This document shows, one piece after another, positions 30,192-42,484 of a stretch of 64,000 nucleotides of DNA. Source of the DNA: an uncultured Actinomycetota bacterium (GTDB lineage: Bacteria > Actinomycetota > Humimicrobiia > Humimicrobiales > Humimicrobiaceae); contig CAZKVH010000005.1 of NCBI GenBank assembly GCA_964556165.1, positions 1,269 through 65,268 of the forward strand, read 5' to 3'. Below the pieces are notes generated by a model. It had not been told where the DNA came from. It was given only the letters and a program-made list of their open reading frames with translations, and ran no database searches. Within the stretch, counting starts at the first letter, position 1. Each line of letters opens with the position of its first letter. The translations under genes were made by a program, and so were the position numbers.

Positions 30192-31724
30192 TCACTCCCA
30201 CTCTATGGTACTTGGTGGCTTTGAACTTATATCATATACTACTCTATTCACTCCTTCAACCTCATTAACAATCCTATTGCTAATTCTTTCCAGCACCTTA
30301 TGCGGAAGTCTAACCCAATCAGCAGTCATTGCATCAATACTGCTAACTGCTCTTACTATTACCGGATAGCAGTATGTTCTTTCGTCTCCCATCACTCCCA
30401 CACTCCTGATACTCGGAAGCACTGCAAAAGACTGCCAGATTTTTCTATATAATTTCGCTCTCCTTATTTCCTCAATAACTATATCATCTGCATCCTGCAG
30501 TATCCTTATCTTCTCTCTGGTAACTTCTCCAATTATCCTGATTGCCAGGCCGGGTCCGGGAAAAGGCTGCCTCCATATTATTTCATCGGGCAGCCCGAGC
30601 TCTTCTCCTATTTTTCGTATCTCATCTTTAAACAGAAGTCTTAAGGGTTCAATCAACTTAAGCCTCATATCCTCTGGAAGACCGCCAACATTATGGTGAG
30701 ATTTTATTTTCGCTGCATCCCTCGTGCCACTTTCAATAACATCCGAGTACAATGTGCCCTGCACCAGATAATGCGCATCTTTTATACGGGAAGCTTCCTC
30801 TTCAAATACTTTTATAAACTCATTACCAATTATTTTCCTCTTTTCTTCAGGGTCAGTGACACCTACCAGCTTACCAAGGAACCTCTCGCTGGCATCCCTG
30901 TGTACCAGATTCATCTTAAAATTATCTTTAAAAGTCTGAATAACCTTTCCTGCTTCACCTTTGCGTAAAAGGCCGTGGTCAACAAATATACAGGTAAGTT
31001 TATCGCCAACAGCTTTATTTACAAGAACAGCAGCCACAGAAGAATCGACTCCACCACTCAATCCGCATATTACCCTTCCATCTTTTACCTCATCTTTTAT
31101 TTTTTTTATCTGATTTTCTATAATCGAGACCATGGTCCAGGTCGGCGAGCAGCCACATATATCAAAAAGGAAATTCTTGAGTATATCCATGCCGGAAGGG
31201 GTATGAACCACTTCGGGATGAAATTGTATCCCGTAGATCCTGTCTTTCTTATTCTCTATGCCGGCTATAGGAAGATTTCTGGTGGAAGCTATTATTTTAA
31301 ACCCCGGAGGAATCTTTGTTACACTATCTTTGTGGCTCATCCAGCAAACTTCCTCGTGTTTTAAATCTTTAAAAAGAGGCGAATCGGTATTTAACTTTAT
31401 TTTTACTTTTCCATATTCGTTATAGCCAGAAGCAGCAACTTCGCCACCATGTAATTTAGATATCAGCTGCATTCCGTAACAGATTCCCAGAACAGGCACT
31501 CCAAGTGAAAAAATCTTCTTATCCATTACAGGAATTTTTTTATTTTCAGAAAGAATACTATATGGAGAACCTGAGAGTATTAACCCACTCGGCTTTTTAT
31601 CCATTATCTCTTTTATATCTGCATCGTAAGGAATAAGCTCGGAGTAAACTCTGAGTTCCCTTATTCTCCTTGCAATTAAATGGCTGTACTGTCCACCAAA
31701 GTCTATAACAGGCACGCTGTTCAT
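30192..31724 (-). CDS. guaA: GMP synthase (glutamine-hydrolysing)
   Basis: 510 aa. GATase N-domain, PP-loop SGGVDSSV, and a C-terminal dimerisation domain ending in IEWE. Confidence 0.95.
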   Translation of the reverse strand: MNSVPVIDFGGQYSHLIARRIRELRVYSELIPYDADIKEIMDKKPSGLILSGSPYSILSENKKIPVMDKKIFSLGVPVLGICYGMQLISKLHGGEVAASGYNEYGKVKIKLNTDSPLFKDLKHEEVCWMSHKDSVTKIPPGFKIIASTRNLPIAGIENKKDRIYGIQFHPEVVHTPSGMDILKNFLFDICGCSPTWTMVSIIENQIKKIKDEVKDGRVICGLSGGVDSSVAAVLVNKAVGDKLTCIFVDHGLLRKGEAGKVIQTFKDNFKMNLVHRDASERFLGKLVGVTDPEEKRKIIGNEFIKVFEEEASRIKDAHYLVQGTLYSDVIESGTRDAAKIKSHHNVGGLPEDMRLKLIEPLRLLFKDEIRKIGEELGLPDEIIWRQPFPGPGLAIRIIGEVTREKIRILQDADDIVIEEIRRAKLYRKIWQSFAVLPSIRSVGVMGDERTYCYPVIVRAVSSIDAMTADWVRLPHKVLERISNRIVNEVEGVNRVVYDISSKPPSTIEWE

Positions 31725-31725
31725 C

Positions 31726-32886
31726 TTAAAAACCCATACCCACTCTCTGCTGTTGTTGATAAAGCTTTCCTTCAGTCTTTATGGAAGGAGCTACCAGAAC
31801 CTCGGCTTTCTGAAAATCCTTTATATTTTCATATCCGCAGGTTGCCATCGAAGTTCTTAAAGCTCCAAACAGATTTAATGTTCCGTCATTTTCAAATGCA
31901 GGTCCAAGCAATATTTCCTTCAGGCTGGCTTTAACTTCTGTTTTAACCCTTGTGCCTCTCGGCAAATCGGGATGAAAAGTAGCCATGCCCCAGTGGTAGC
32001 CTCTTCCTGGAGCCTCCCTGGCACTTGAAAGAGGAGAACCTATCATAACCATATCTGCGCCGCATGCTATTGCCTTTGCTATATCGCCACCTGTACGCAT
32101 ACCGCCATCTGCAATAACCAGAGAGTAATTACCTGTTTCTTCAAGATGCCTCATCCTTGCAGCAGAAGCATCTGCGATAGCTGTAGCCTGAGGGGCTCCG
32201 ATACCCAGCACCTGTCTCGTTGTGCAGGCAGCTCCAGGCCCAACCCCTACCAGGACCCCAACGGCACCTGTCCTCATAAGGTGAAGTGAAGTAGAATATG
32301 ACGAGCATCCTCCTACTATAACGGGAATATTGCACTCAGGAATAAATTTCTTTAAATCAAGCGGTGTTTTTGTTTTACTGACGTGCTCAGCACTCACCAC
32401 CGTACCCTGAATTACCAGAATATCCAGCCCTGCTTCCAGTGCTATTTTATAATACCTTTCAACATTTTTTGGAGTAAGAGAAGCACAGGCAATATCACTA
32501 TCTTCCTTAATCTCTTTTATCCTTCTGGCTATCAACTCTTCCTTAATCGGCTCAGTATAAATTTCCTGCATCTTTCTTGTTGCTTCCTGATTGGAAAATT
32601 TAGAAATCTTTTCGAGAACTTCGTCGGCATTTTCATATCTGCACTGCAATCCTTCAAGATTAAGTACAGCAAGCCCTCCTATTTTTCTCATTTCTATTGC
32701 GAGCCGTACATCTACAACCCCATCCATAGCTGAAGCAAGAACAGGCAAATCAAGTCTATAATCACCGATATTTGCAGAAATATCAACATCTTCCGGGTCT
32801 CTGGTTCTTCTGCTGGGGACTATAGATATTTCATCAAAACCATAAGACCTCCTGCCAACCTTCCCCTTGCCAATTTCTATTTCCAT
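31726..32886 (-). CDS. IMP dehydrogenase/GMP reductase family protein (no CBS insert)
   Basis: 386 aa TIM barrel with an IMPDH-family catalytic loop (GGC..S). No start/stop gap with guaA. Confidence 0.75.
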   Translation of the reverse strand: MEIEIGKGKVGRRSYGFDEISIVPSRRTRDPEDVDISANIGDYRLDLPVLASAMDGVVDVRLAIEMRKIGGLAVLNLEGLQCRYENADEVLEKISKFSNQEATRKMQEIYTEPIKEELIARRIKEIKEDSDIACASLTPKNVERYYKIALEAGLDILVIQGTVVSAEHVSKTKTPLDLKKFIPECNIPVIVGGCSSYSTSLHLMRTGAVGVLVGVGPGAACTTRQVLGIGAPQATAIADASAARMRHLEETGNYSLVIADGGMRTGGDIAKAIACGADMVMIGSPLSSAREAPGRGYHWGMATFHPDLPRGTRVKTEVKASLKEILLGPAFENDGTLNLFGALRTSMATCGYENIKDFQKAEVLVAPSIKTEGKLYQQQQRVGMGF

Positions 32887-32895
32887 TTAAACCCC

Positions 32896-33588
32896 TTATC
32901 CTTTAATTTTTTTTTCTTTCTTTTGCGTTAATCTCTTAATATTGTCCCTGTGAGTAATAATAGTGAGAATACTCAAGCAAAACGAAGCTATCACTATGGG
33001 CCAAACATATCCGGTAAAGTAAAATGAAATTGGATTTGCTATAGCTCCGCCAAGAGAAGCCAGGGATACTATTCTAAAAATAATAAAAATAACAGCCCAT
33101 GTTCCCAGAATAATAATGGCAGGCAAAATTTTAATCCATGCTGCACTATCTGAAATATTTATAAATGGGAGAAACGTAATACCAATAATAACTCCAAAAG
33201 AAGTCGCTATTCCCTTCCCTCCCTTAAACTTAATATATACAGGAAAGTCATGACCCAGTACAACAGCAACAGATACAGCTAAAAGAAGTATTGAATCTTC
33301 CGGATATATTAAATAAACCGCAAGTACGGGCAGAAATCCTTTAATTAAATCCACAATAATAGTAGTTATGCCATAAGCAGCACCAAGTGTACGGGTAACA
33401 TTTGTACCCCCTACATTTCCGCTTCCATAATTTCTTATATCATCACCTTTTTTTATTTTATGCAGTACATATGCAGTTGGAAAAGAACCAAAAAGATAGG
33501 AAGCAATTACAAGTAAAATTTTATAAAACAATTCAACTGCCATATTCGTAATAGATATAAAATAGACTAATCGGTAATTAAAAGACAA
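32896..33588 (-). CDS. plsY: glycerol-3-phosphate acyltransferase PlsY
   Basis: 230 aa polytopic membrane protein with GSGNVGGTN and FKGGKG motifs. Confidence 0.9.
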   Translation of the reverse strand: MSFNYRLVYFISITNMAVELFYKILLVIASYLFGSFPTAYVLHKIKKGDDIRNYGSGNVGGTNVTRTLGAAYGITTIIVDLIKGFLPVLAVYLIYPEDSILLLAVSVAVVLGHDFPVYIKFKGGKGIATSFGVIIGITFLPFINISDSAAWIKILPAIIILGTWAVIFIIFRIVSLASLGGAIANPISFYFTGYVWPIVIASFCLSILTIITHRDNIKRLTQKKEKKIKG

Positions 33589-33762
33589 AAACTATCAAAG
33601 ACTAAACTAATTAGAAACTACTGCTTTATACTATAAAATAATAATAAAAGAAATATTACTATAAGTTATGGATTTATTCAATTTATTAAAAGGAGTACTG
33701 GTGAGATTCTTTCAATTTTTTATCACGCCAGAAAAGCTATATAAGATACTATAAGAGATAAA

Positions 33763-34659
33763 TTAACAACTCGTTCCATGTAATTTACCAATCAAATTAT
33801 TCAGGCTTTCATCTTCTCTGCTATACTTAAGAGGTTCTCCTTTCAGCCATGATAGGGAAATTAAATCATCATCATAAATAGTCCCTACCGGCTCTATTTT
33901 TTCTTTTCTCAGTTTTCTCTTTATATAGCTCTCTACATCTTTTCCCTTTATTTTGTTCAATAAAACCAGAACATTCTTGATTTTTGCGTTAAGGAATATC
34001 TTATTTGCTATTTTTACAAGTTCGGGGTTTTCAAGATGTCTGGTTGCAGGTAATTTTCCTGCCATTATCTGACTTACCATATTTTTTATATCAACCGCTA
34101 TCTGAATAGAAGCATTATTGGCATCAACAACTACAATCACCCAATCCAGGCTTGTAATTACACCTCTTGCAGGGTCCTCGAGCCCTGCTTTGAGATCTAT
34201 AAGTGTTACAGGATTGTCGCCAATTCCGGATATTTTTAAATCCCTGCTTATTTTAGAAATAGGCCCATCACATCCAGCCCCCGGTCCTTTACCTCCTATC
34301 TTTCCTGCTGCGAGAAAATATATACCTTCTCTGCTCTGAGTGTAATATTCATCGGGAAGATTATTTAAAGAAATATCCGAACCAGGGAGAGGAGTAGGAT
34401 CATCGACGGGACAGGTCACAGAACCCCCGGTGAATGCAGTTCCACCGAAATAATCTATTAAAGATTCAGGGAATTTTGTAAGCCCCAATGCCTGATGAAG
34501 TCCTATATTTGTTGAATCAGCATCCAGTACACAAACTGAATATCCGCAGCTCTTAAGCGCCCTGGCTAATAAAACCGTAACGGTGCTTTTCCCGCTTCCT
34601 CCTTTACCAAGTATGCCTATCCTTTTATTCGCAAGAGTTTTAATTTCTTTTTTATTCAT
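33763..34659 (-). CDS. P-loop ATPase of the MinD/ParA superfamily, CooC/AcsF-like
   Basis: 298 aa. Deviant Walker A GKGGSGKST and a GAGCDGP Cys-containing motif reminiscent of Ni-insertion ATPases. Confidence 0.55.
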   Translation of the reverse strand: MNKKEIKTLANKRIGILGKGGSGKSTVTVLLARALKSCGYSVCVLDADSTNIGLHQALGLTKFPESLIDYFGGTAFTGGSVTCPVDDPTPLPGSDISLNNLPDEYYTQSREGIYFLAAGKIGGKGPGAGCDGPISKISRDLKISGIGDNPVTLIDLKAGLEDPARGVITSLDWVIVVVDANNASIQIAVDIKNMVSQIMAGKLPATRHLENPELVKIANKIFLNAKIKNVLVLLNKIKGKDVESYIKRKLRKEKIEPVGTIYDDDLISLSWLKGEPLKYSREDESLNNLIGKLHGTSC

Positions 34660-34860
34660 TTTATTTAATCTCCATTACATAAATTTTTTTTACTACTTCT
34701 TTTATATGAGTCTATAAAAATACTTCTCATTTTGATTTAACTTAACCTGCATACATAATTGTTAGATTTATATTAATAAGTTAGTTTTGACTAACTTTAT
34801 AATATACTTTTATCATATTCTGTCAAGAAAAAATCTCTCATAATTACTTAACAATATATT

Positions 34861-34900
34861 AAGGGCTGGCTTTATATAAAAACCAGCCCTTAATATTTAT
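34861..34900 (-). terminator. GC-rich hairpin (AAGGGCUGG..CCAGCCCUU) downstream of groEL; possible bidirectional terminator
   Basis: Perfect 9-bp stem flanked by A/T-rich sequence, about 90 nt after the groEL stop. Confidence 0.5.
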
Positions 34901-34982
34901 TATTGCTTAATCTATCAAAGAGAAATTAAAGCAACTCTACTGCAGTCTAACCCCGCCTTAACTCTGTCAGTTTTTTATGCCA

Positions 34983-36650
<1,668 letters not shown>

Positions 36651-36938
36651 TTACTCTACAATAGCAAGGATATCATTTTCCTTTATAATCAGGTATTCTT
36701 CTCCGTCAATTTTGACCTCGGTTCCTGAATATTTGGAATAAAGTACCGTATCTCCAACCTTTACCTCCATTGGAACTTTATTACCCTTCTCATCTCTTGC
36801 GCCGCTACCAACTGCAATTACTTTTCCTTCCTGCGGTTTTTCTTTTGCAGAATCCGGAAGAACGATTCCGCTCTTGGTTTTTTCCTCGCTGGGATTTGGC
36901 TTAACCAGTAATCTGTCGCCAAGTGGTTTGTATGCCAT
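36651..36938 (-). CDS. groS: co-chaperonin GroES
   Basis: 95 aa with GroES mobile loop and fold. Confidence 0.95.
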   Translation of the reverse strand: MAYKPLGDRLLVKPNPSEEKTKSGIVLPDSAKEKPQEGKVIAVGSGARDEKGNKVPMEVKVGDTVLYSKYSGTEVKIDGEEYLIIKENDILAIVE

Positions 36939-36992
36939 TATACTTCCTCCTTTTTATTAATTTGTGCATTTAATTAAATACATTAAATAAAG

Positions 36993-37019
36993 TTAGCACT
37001 CTCATGTATAGACTGCTGA
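36993..37019. promoter_or_regulatory. CIRCE operator (HrcA binding site) upstream of groES
   Basis: TTAGCACTC-N9-GACTGCTGA, against the consensus TTAGCACTC-N9-GAGTGCTAA. Left arm is perfect, right arm has 2 mismatches. Sits about 55 nt upstream of the groES start. Confidence 0.75.
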
Positions 37020-37114
37020 CATTAAAGAATAATATTATAACGAATATAAAAAATCAAGAAAAAATTATGTAAAAAATTATAGAAAATCTCATACATACAG
37101 ACTAAAAATATCAC

Positions 37115-38170
37115 TCAAACATCACTTCTGGAATATACATCAACTTCAAGGCTGTCAAATCTTTTTTTTAGGAACCTGTAGTAACCAAGGCATGCTACCA
37201 TCACTGCATTGTCCATACAGAGAGGCATTGGAGGAACAAATATTTTTATACCCGATTCTTCTCCTCTTTTCAGGAATTCTCTCCTCAGCTCGCTATTGGC
37301 GGCGACTCCACCGCTCACCAGTATCTTTTCCGCATCAAACTCCTTTGCTGCTCTTAATGTTTTTTCGGTCAAAACCTCCACTATCGCTCTCTGGAAACTT
37401 GCAACGAGATGGGGTATGTTTTCTTTTGAGGTTAGGCTCTTATCCTTCTTAGTTCTGTAAATCAAAGAAGTCTTAAGTCCGCTAAAACTAAAATTATAAT
37501 CACCGCTTTCCATCATCGGCCTCGGAAAATCTATGTAATGCGGATCCCCGCTCTGAGCCAGTCTGTCAATAACAGGACCGCCCGGATAACCGAGATTTAA
37601 ATATCTCGCAATTTTATCATAAGCTTCGCCTGCAGCATCGTCCAGAGTATGGCCTATTTGTTTTACGTTCCATTCTTTATCAACATAGTAAAGGCTTGAA
37701 TGCCCTCCCGATACAATGAGTCCTATAAAACCACCGGAGATACCGGGGTTATCAAGGATGTTTGAATATATGTGCGCCTCAAGATGATTGACCGCAATAA
37801 TGGGTATATTCCTGGAGTAGCTTATAGCCTTGGCTGCGCCCATTCCAACCAGAAGCGAACCTATAAGACCGGGTCTATTCGTGACGCTGACCGCATCGAT
37901 GTCATCAAAGCCGCATCCCGCTTTTTTTAGCGCCTCACCTATAATTATATCTATTACCTCTATGTGTTTTCTTGAAGCTATTTCAGGAACGATACCGCCA
38001 TATTTTCTATGTATCTCCTCCTGTGAAGAAACTATATTTGACAGAATCACAGAACCATTTTTTACAACCGCAGCACAGCTGTCGTCACAGGAAGTCTCTA
38101 TACCCAGTATATTTATATCTCCCCTTATGGCTTCTTCTCTAATTATACCTTCCGGAGTTCCGGCTTTCAT
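37115..38170 (-). CDS. tsaD: tRNA N6-adenosine threonylcarbamoyltransferase TsaD (Kae1/Gcp)
   Basis: 351 aa ASKHA fold with metal-binding His pair (NHLEAH). Confidence 0.9.
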   Translation of the reverse strand: MKAGTPEGIIREEAIRGDINILGIETSCDDSCAAVVKNGSVILSNIVSSQEEIHRKYGGIVPEIASRKHIEVIDIIIGEALKKAGCGFDDIDAVSVTNRPGLIGSLLVGMGAAKAISYSRNIPIIAVNHLEAHIYSNILDNPGISGGFIGLIVSGGHSSLYYVDKEWNVKQIGHTLDDAAGEAYDKIARYLNLGYPGGPVIDRLAQSGDPHYIDFPRPMMESGDYNFSFSGLKTSLIYRTKKDKSLTSKENIPHLVASFQRAIVEVLTEKTLRAAKEFDAEKILVSGGVAANSELRREFLKRGEESGIKIFVPPMPLCMDNAVMVACLGYYRFLKKRFDSLEVDVYSRSDV

Positions 38171-38316
38171 TTTATCTCCTTTGAAAAACTATCAGTAACT
38201 ATCAGCTATATATCACGGGTTTTATCCCTGAACCTATTAAATTTACTTCTTTTAATTATCTTTATTTAATATTCTTTCTCTATCTAATATTTTTAAAAAT
38301 TTATTTAGATGCTCAA

Positions 38317-39177
38317 TTACATAGAACTATTATCTTTATCATTCACTACAAACGGAATGAATTCCCTCACGTAAAACGAAGTAAGGTTTTTAACTTTAAC
38401 TTTATTTAAAAAATTATAATACGCGCAGACATTTACATATCCTGATCGGGGGTAAACTGTTTTTTTATCAAGTTTAAAAATGCTATCCTTCCTAATTATG
38501 CGAGCCAGGGTCTCTCTGTAACTTAAATGACAGTTGCCTCCTATAAGGATAACCTGACTCCCATGTTCAGCAGAAATTCCCGTAACTCCTGAAACATTTC
38601 CACTCCATAATTTATCAAGGAAAGCTTCCAGCTTATCATAGCGGACAAGGTACCTCTCACCTTTCCTTTTTATAAAAAATCTATCTTTCTTTAAATCAAT
38701 TCCAGCAATACAGTCTCTGTCGCTAACAGCTTCAGGGTAAACGCTATAAAAAGCGAAATAAACCTCCTTCTTCCTGACATCAAGACACGGCATCATAAAA
38801 GGAGAAACATCCCTTTTAAGACAACCGGCAATAAGATTGATATTGTTCAGAACCATTCCAACCGTAACAGCATCAAGCGAATTAATCCCAAACGCCGGTT
38901 TACCCTCCAGGTAAGATAACATCTTTATAACAGTAACACCGATTCGGGTACCCGTGAAATCACCCGGTCCATGATTTACCCCAAAAACATCTATATCTTT
39001 TAATCCAAGCTTTGATTTCTTTAATGCTTTATCCAGCATCCCCATTATATTTACCATATGCCCTCTGCCACCCCGGCTGATTACTTCCGAAATAATCCTG
39101 CCGTCGCGGCTAACAGCTACACTCAGGTATTTTGTACTGCTGTCAATTCCTAAAACATTCATTTTTCTATATCCCAA
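38317..39177 (-). CDS. tsaB: tRNA threonylcarbamoyladenosine biosynthesis protein TsaB (YeaZ), extended C-terminus
   Basis: N-terminal 110 aa are YeaZ-like (VLGIDSST..). The 286-aa length exceeds the usual ~230. Clustered with tsaD and tsaE. Confidence 0.7.
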   Translation of the reverse strand: MGYRKMNVLGIDSSTKYLSVAVSRDGRIISEVISRGGRGHMVNIMGMLDKALKKSKLGLKDIDVFGVNHGPGDFTGTRIGVTVIKMLSYLEGKPAFGINSLDAVTVGMVLNNINLIAGCLKRDVSPFMMPCLDVRKKEVYFAFYSVYPEAVSDRDCIAGIDLKKDRFFIKRKGERYLVRYDKLEAFLDKLWSGNVSGVTGISAEHGSQVILIGGNCHLSYRETLARIIRKDSIFKLDKKTVYPRSGYVNVCAYYNFLNKVKVKNLTSFYVREFIPFVVNDKDNSSM

Positions 39178-39263
39178 TAATGCTTTTTAAAAATTTTAAA
39201 AACTGCCTTGCTTATAAACTTACTAATACAGCATTTGCGGCATATTTTTTTAATATATAACTT

Positions 39264-39767
39264 CTATTCTTTGCTTTTGCCTAACATTTTTTTTAATTCC
39301 TCAAGCCTTCTATTCCAGTAACCGCTCGAACTCCTGAAAACTATTTTTCTTTTTGTTTCTGTGTCATCCTCGCCCTTAAGGTAGCTGAGGTTAACCTCTA
39401 AAAAATCCTTTTTTATATATTTTTTTATTTTATCTCCCCATTCTATGCAAACAATAGAACTGCTGCTGTATATGTAATCATCGATTCCAGTATCTTCTAT
39501 CTCACCAGTATCCCCCAGCCTGTACAGGTCCACATGCACGAGGCTTCTGGATTTATCAATCCTGTACTCGTTTAGAATTGCAAAACTCGGGCTGGAAAAA
39601 TTTTCGGTAATCCCCAGGCTTTCAGCTATACCGGATATAAAGGTGGTCTTGCCCCCGCCAAGCTCCCCCGTAAAAAGAATAACATTGCCTCCTGAAAGAA
39701 TATTTGAGAAAATCTTTCCGATTTTTTTGGTGAAAACTGAAGAATTTGAAATTACCTCAATTTGCAT
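39264..39767 (-). CDS. tsaE: tRNA threonylcarbamoyladenosine biosynthesis ATPase TsaE (YjeE)
   Basis: 167 aa with Walker A GELGGGKTTF. Confidence 0.85.
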   Translation of the reverse strand: MQIEVISNSSVFTKKIGKIFSNILSGGNVILFTGELGGGKTTFISGIAESLGITENFSSPSFAILNEYRIDKSRSLVHVDLYRLGDTGEIEDTGIDDYIYSSSSIVCIEWGDKIKKYIKKDFLEVNLSYLKGEDDTETKRKIVFRSSSGYWNRRLEELKKMLGKSKE

Positions 39768-39768
39768 A

Positions 39769-40422
39769 TTAAAAGAGCCCTAACTGTTCACTTGTGTTAT
39801 CTTCGCTTCCAGATTCAATACTTACAATATCTTCCTGATAACCAGTCTCCTCCGGCTTAGACTCAATAAGCTTTTTTATTTTCTGAAAATCCTGCCTTAA
39901 AATCTCCATTCTCGAAGGAGTATAAAGCACAGCAGCAGGATGGTTAATAGGCATAACAATGCGGTTATTAACTTTAAATATCTTTCCCCTCAGACCTGTA
40001 ATCCCCTTATATGTGTTAAGAAGCACCTGGGTTGAAAATTTACCCATGGTACATATTATTTTTGGGTCAATTATTTCTATCTGCCTGAAAAGATAGCCCT
40101 TGCAGGCATCAATCTCTTCTATCCTCGGGTCCCTATTCCCCGGCGGCCTGCATTTTAAAACGTTTGCAATGAAAACCTCGTTTCTCGTCATGCCAATTGA
40201 ATCAAGAAGCTCATCAAGAATCCTTCCTGCCTGTCCTACAAAAGGAAGTCCCTGCAGGTCTTCGTTTTTCCCGGGTGCCTCGCCAACAAGCATAATTTCA
40301 GCACTGGCGCTCCCACCACCGAAAACAAGCTTTGTCCTGGTTTTTGAAAGCTCACATTTTGTACAATCTTTAATCTTTAAATAAAAGTCCTTTAGCTTTT
40401 CTCTCCTGTCATATTCTTCCAT
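39769..40422 (-). CDS. uracil-DNA glycosylase, family 4 (Fe-S type)
   Basis: 217 aa. GEAPG..N..G.PFVG.AG motif ([25 protein letters not shown]) and Cys ligands. Confidence 0.85.
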   Translation of the reverse strand: MEEYDRREKLKDFYLKIKDCTKCELSKTRTKLVFGGGSASAEIMLVGEAPGKNEDLQGLPFVGQAGRILDELLDSIGMTRNEVFIANVLKCRPPGNRDPRIEEIDACKGYLFRQIEIIDPKIICTMGKFSTQVLLNTYKGITGLRGKIFKVNNRIVMPINHPAAVLYTPSRMEILRQDFQKIKKLIESKPEETGYQEDIVSIESGSEDNTSEQLGLF

Positions 40423-40559
40423 ATATTTTTATGTCCCCCGGGTTTTTACTTTATTTATAACTAATAATATTACATACTTCAATATTTATATACATCTTCA
40501 TTTACAAAATATTAAAATTTCTTTATCATAAGATTGAAAGGTTGTAAGAACAACAATAT

Positions 40560-40988
40560 ATGAAAAAAAGGATAAATATGAAGACAAAAGCAGCAATTTT
40601 CCCTCTTATCGCAACACTTATCCTTGCAGCGCTTATCGGAGGCTGCAGCCAGGGTCCGGTTGAAGTTGAAGAAGTTATAATGTGCAAAGATGTGGACAGC
40701 GAATACAACCCTGTAGAGCCTACCGATGTTTTCCCGGCAGGGACCACTATCGTTTACGCAGCAGTAAAAGTTAACAACATAACCCCCGAAGATAAGATAA
40801 CCACAATATGGAACTACCTTGAAACAGGAGAAGAAATCAATCTAACTGACTTTACGACAGAACAAAGCGGTTCTGGTTACATAGGTTTCAGTCTCGAAGT
40901 TTCTGAAGGTTTTCCCACAGGTAGATACACCGCAGTGGTTTATCTTAATAACAAAGAGGTTAAGTCTGCTGAATTTTCAGTAGAGTAG
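40560..40988 (+). CDS. small lipoprotein, unknown function
   Basis: Signal peptide plus lipobox LIGGC. 142 aa. Confidence 0.6.
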   Translation: MKKRINMKTKAAIFPLIATLILAALIGGCSQGPVEVEEVIMCKDVDSEYNPVEPTDVFPAGTTIVYAAVKVNNITPEDKITTIWNYLETGEEINLTDFTTEQSGSGYIGFSLEVSEGFPTGRYTAVVYLNNKEVKSAEFSVE

Positions 40989-41013
40989 TTTTTTTTACTG
41001 ATGGTAATAAATT

Positions 41014-41241
41014 TTAACCGACTGCGATGCATGTCAGAGTGCGCGAAACCCCATCAACTTTTTGAATCTTATCTACTATCATACTTGTAAGAGAAGAAGT
41101 ATCAGGAGCTTCAACAAATGCAATTATGTCATACGGTCCAACTGTCATATAAGCACTCTTTACGCCTTCTACTTTCTTAACAGAATCCAGAGCATTTATT
41201 GCTTTTCCTGCATCAGCCGTAATAAGAATATATGCCTGCAT
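41014..41241 (-). CDS. stand-alone Lrp/AsnC-type ligand-binding (RAM) domain protein
   Basis: 75-aa beta-alpha-beta-beta-alpha-beta pattern (YILITADAGK..VKSAYMTVGPYDIIAFVEAPD). No HTH. Confidence 0.4.
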   Translation of the reverse strand: MQAYILITADAGKAINALDSVKKVEGVKSAYMTVGPYDIIAFVEAPDTSSLTSMIVDKIQKVDGVSRTLTCIAVG

Positions 41242-41338
41242 CTTTTCACCTCCAATCTTAACTTAAATAAAAAAGAATTTTATTCTGTTTTCCTAACCTA
41301 CAATTCAATGCTAAAACAAACATCAGGGTTTATCAACT

Positions 41339-41608
41339 TCAGATAAACCTTATTTCAAGCCTTTTGCCAAGACAATCCGCTATTTTCTTTAATTTAGATA
41401 AAGTCGGGTTATAACTTCCACTCTCAAGCCTTGAAATATTTGGCTGACTGTCGCCAATTAATTCAGCCAGTTCTTTTTGAGTTATTTTATTTTCTCTTCT
41501 TAAAAAAATAAGCTGGCTGATAATCTGGTATTCAGGCTCAAGATTTTTTAATTCTTTTATAACCTCCGGGTCTTTATTTATTATTCTTTTAGCTTCTTTC
41601 CATTCCAT
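41339..41608 (-). CDS. higA: HigA-like antitoxin (XRE-family HTH)
   Basis: 89 aa HTH (ITQKELAELIGDSQPNISRLESG). Lies 8 nt downstream of the toxin gene. Confidence 0.65.
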   Translation of the reverse strand: MEWKEAKRIINKDPEVIKELKNLEPEYQIISQLIFLRRENKITQKELAELIGDSQPNISRLESGSYNPTLSKLKKIADCLGKRLEIRFI

Positions 41609-41615
41609 AATTATT

Positions 41616-41978
41616 TTAACCCTTTATTCTATTTATATAATCAATCATCCGATTTCTTGCTATTTCTAACTCATCCCGGGGAGTCTTACTTCTTTTTTTA
41701 CAAAAAGCATCAATAAGAACAAATTTATTTTGATTGTATAAAAAATATATGACTCTTAAGAAGGACTTACCATATCTAATTCTTAACTCCCATAAATCTT
41801 TATACCTTTCTCCTTTAATTTTTCGCTTATAAGGATGGGGCAAATATATTCCATGTAACTCCAGCAAATCTATTTCTTTTTCTATTTTAGCTCTTTGTTT
41901 TGGCAAAAGAGTCTGTATGTAATCTAAAACAGGGCATTCCCCATTTGGTCTTTTATATAGCTCTATTTTCCAGTTCAT
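41616..41978 (-). CDS. higB: HigB/RelE-family type II toxin (phage gp49-like)
   Basis: 120 aa. Toxin-first gene order with a tightly linked XRE antitoxin. Conserved LPHPYKRKIKG..LWELR region. Confidence 0.6.
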   Translation of the reverse strand: MNWKIELYKRPNGECPVLDYIQTLLPKQRAKIEKEIDLLELHGIYLPHPYKRKIKGERYKDLWELRIRYGKSFLRVIYFLYNQNKFVLIDAFCKKRSKTPRDELEIARNRMIDYINRIKG

Positions 41979-42031
41979 TATATATCATTTATGATATACT
42001 TTCAATGTAATTTTAATCTATTTTATAATTG

Positions 42032-42484
42032 CTACTTAATTCTTCTCAGCCTGCCATTTGCGCTTGTGTGAATTGTTATATTATCTATTGAAATTATCTT
42101 TAAGAAAAAGCAGCTTATTTCTGCCTCGCAACTTACTTCTATATATTTTGGGTTATCGATGCTTTCTATTACATCGTAATCTAAATAATTTATTTTACAG
42201 CCATCTGCATCTTTATAGTTTTTATAGAAATATTCATAAATTATATCAGGATAATCATCTGCCAGTCTGTTAACACCAAGATTCTGGGCTGCTTCGATAT
42301 CGATGCACTTTGAAGCTTCTTCTGCTGCAATCATGCAGGCTTTATTTATTTCTTCTTTGTACAGGAAAGCTCTCCCTATATCAACAACAAATCCAGTTAA
42401 CAAAATAAAGATGGGCATAAGTATAGCTACCGTAATCAGTATCGAGCCTTTACTAACTTTAAGGCTAAAATTCAAACTCTTCAT
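42032..42484 (-). CDS. TadE/TadG-like Flp pseudopilin
   Basis: 150 aa with the N-terminal TadE-like hydrophobic segment (KGSILITVAILMPIFILLTGFVVDIGRAF). In the tad locus. Confidence 0.6.
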   Translation of the reverse strand: MKSLNFSLKVSKGSILITVAILMPIFILLTGFVVDIGRAFLYKEEINKACMIAAEEASKCIDIEAAQNLGVNRLADDYPDIIYEYFYKNYKDADGCKINYLDYDVIESIDNPKYIEVSCEAEISCFFLKIISIDNITIHTSANGRLRRIK

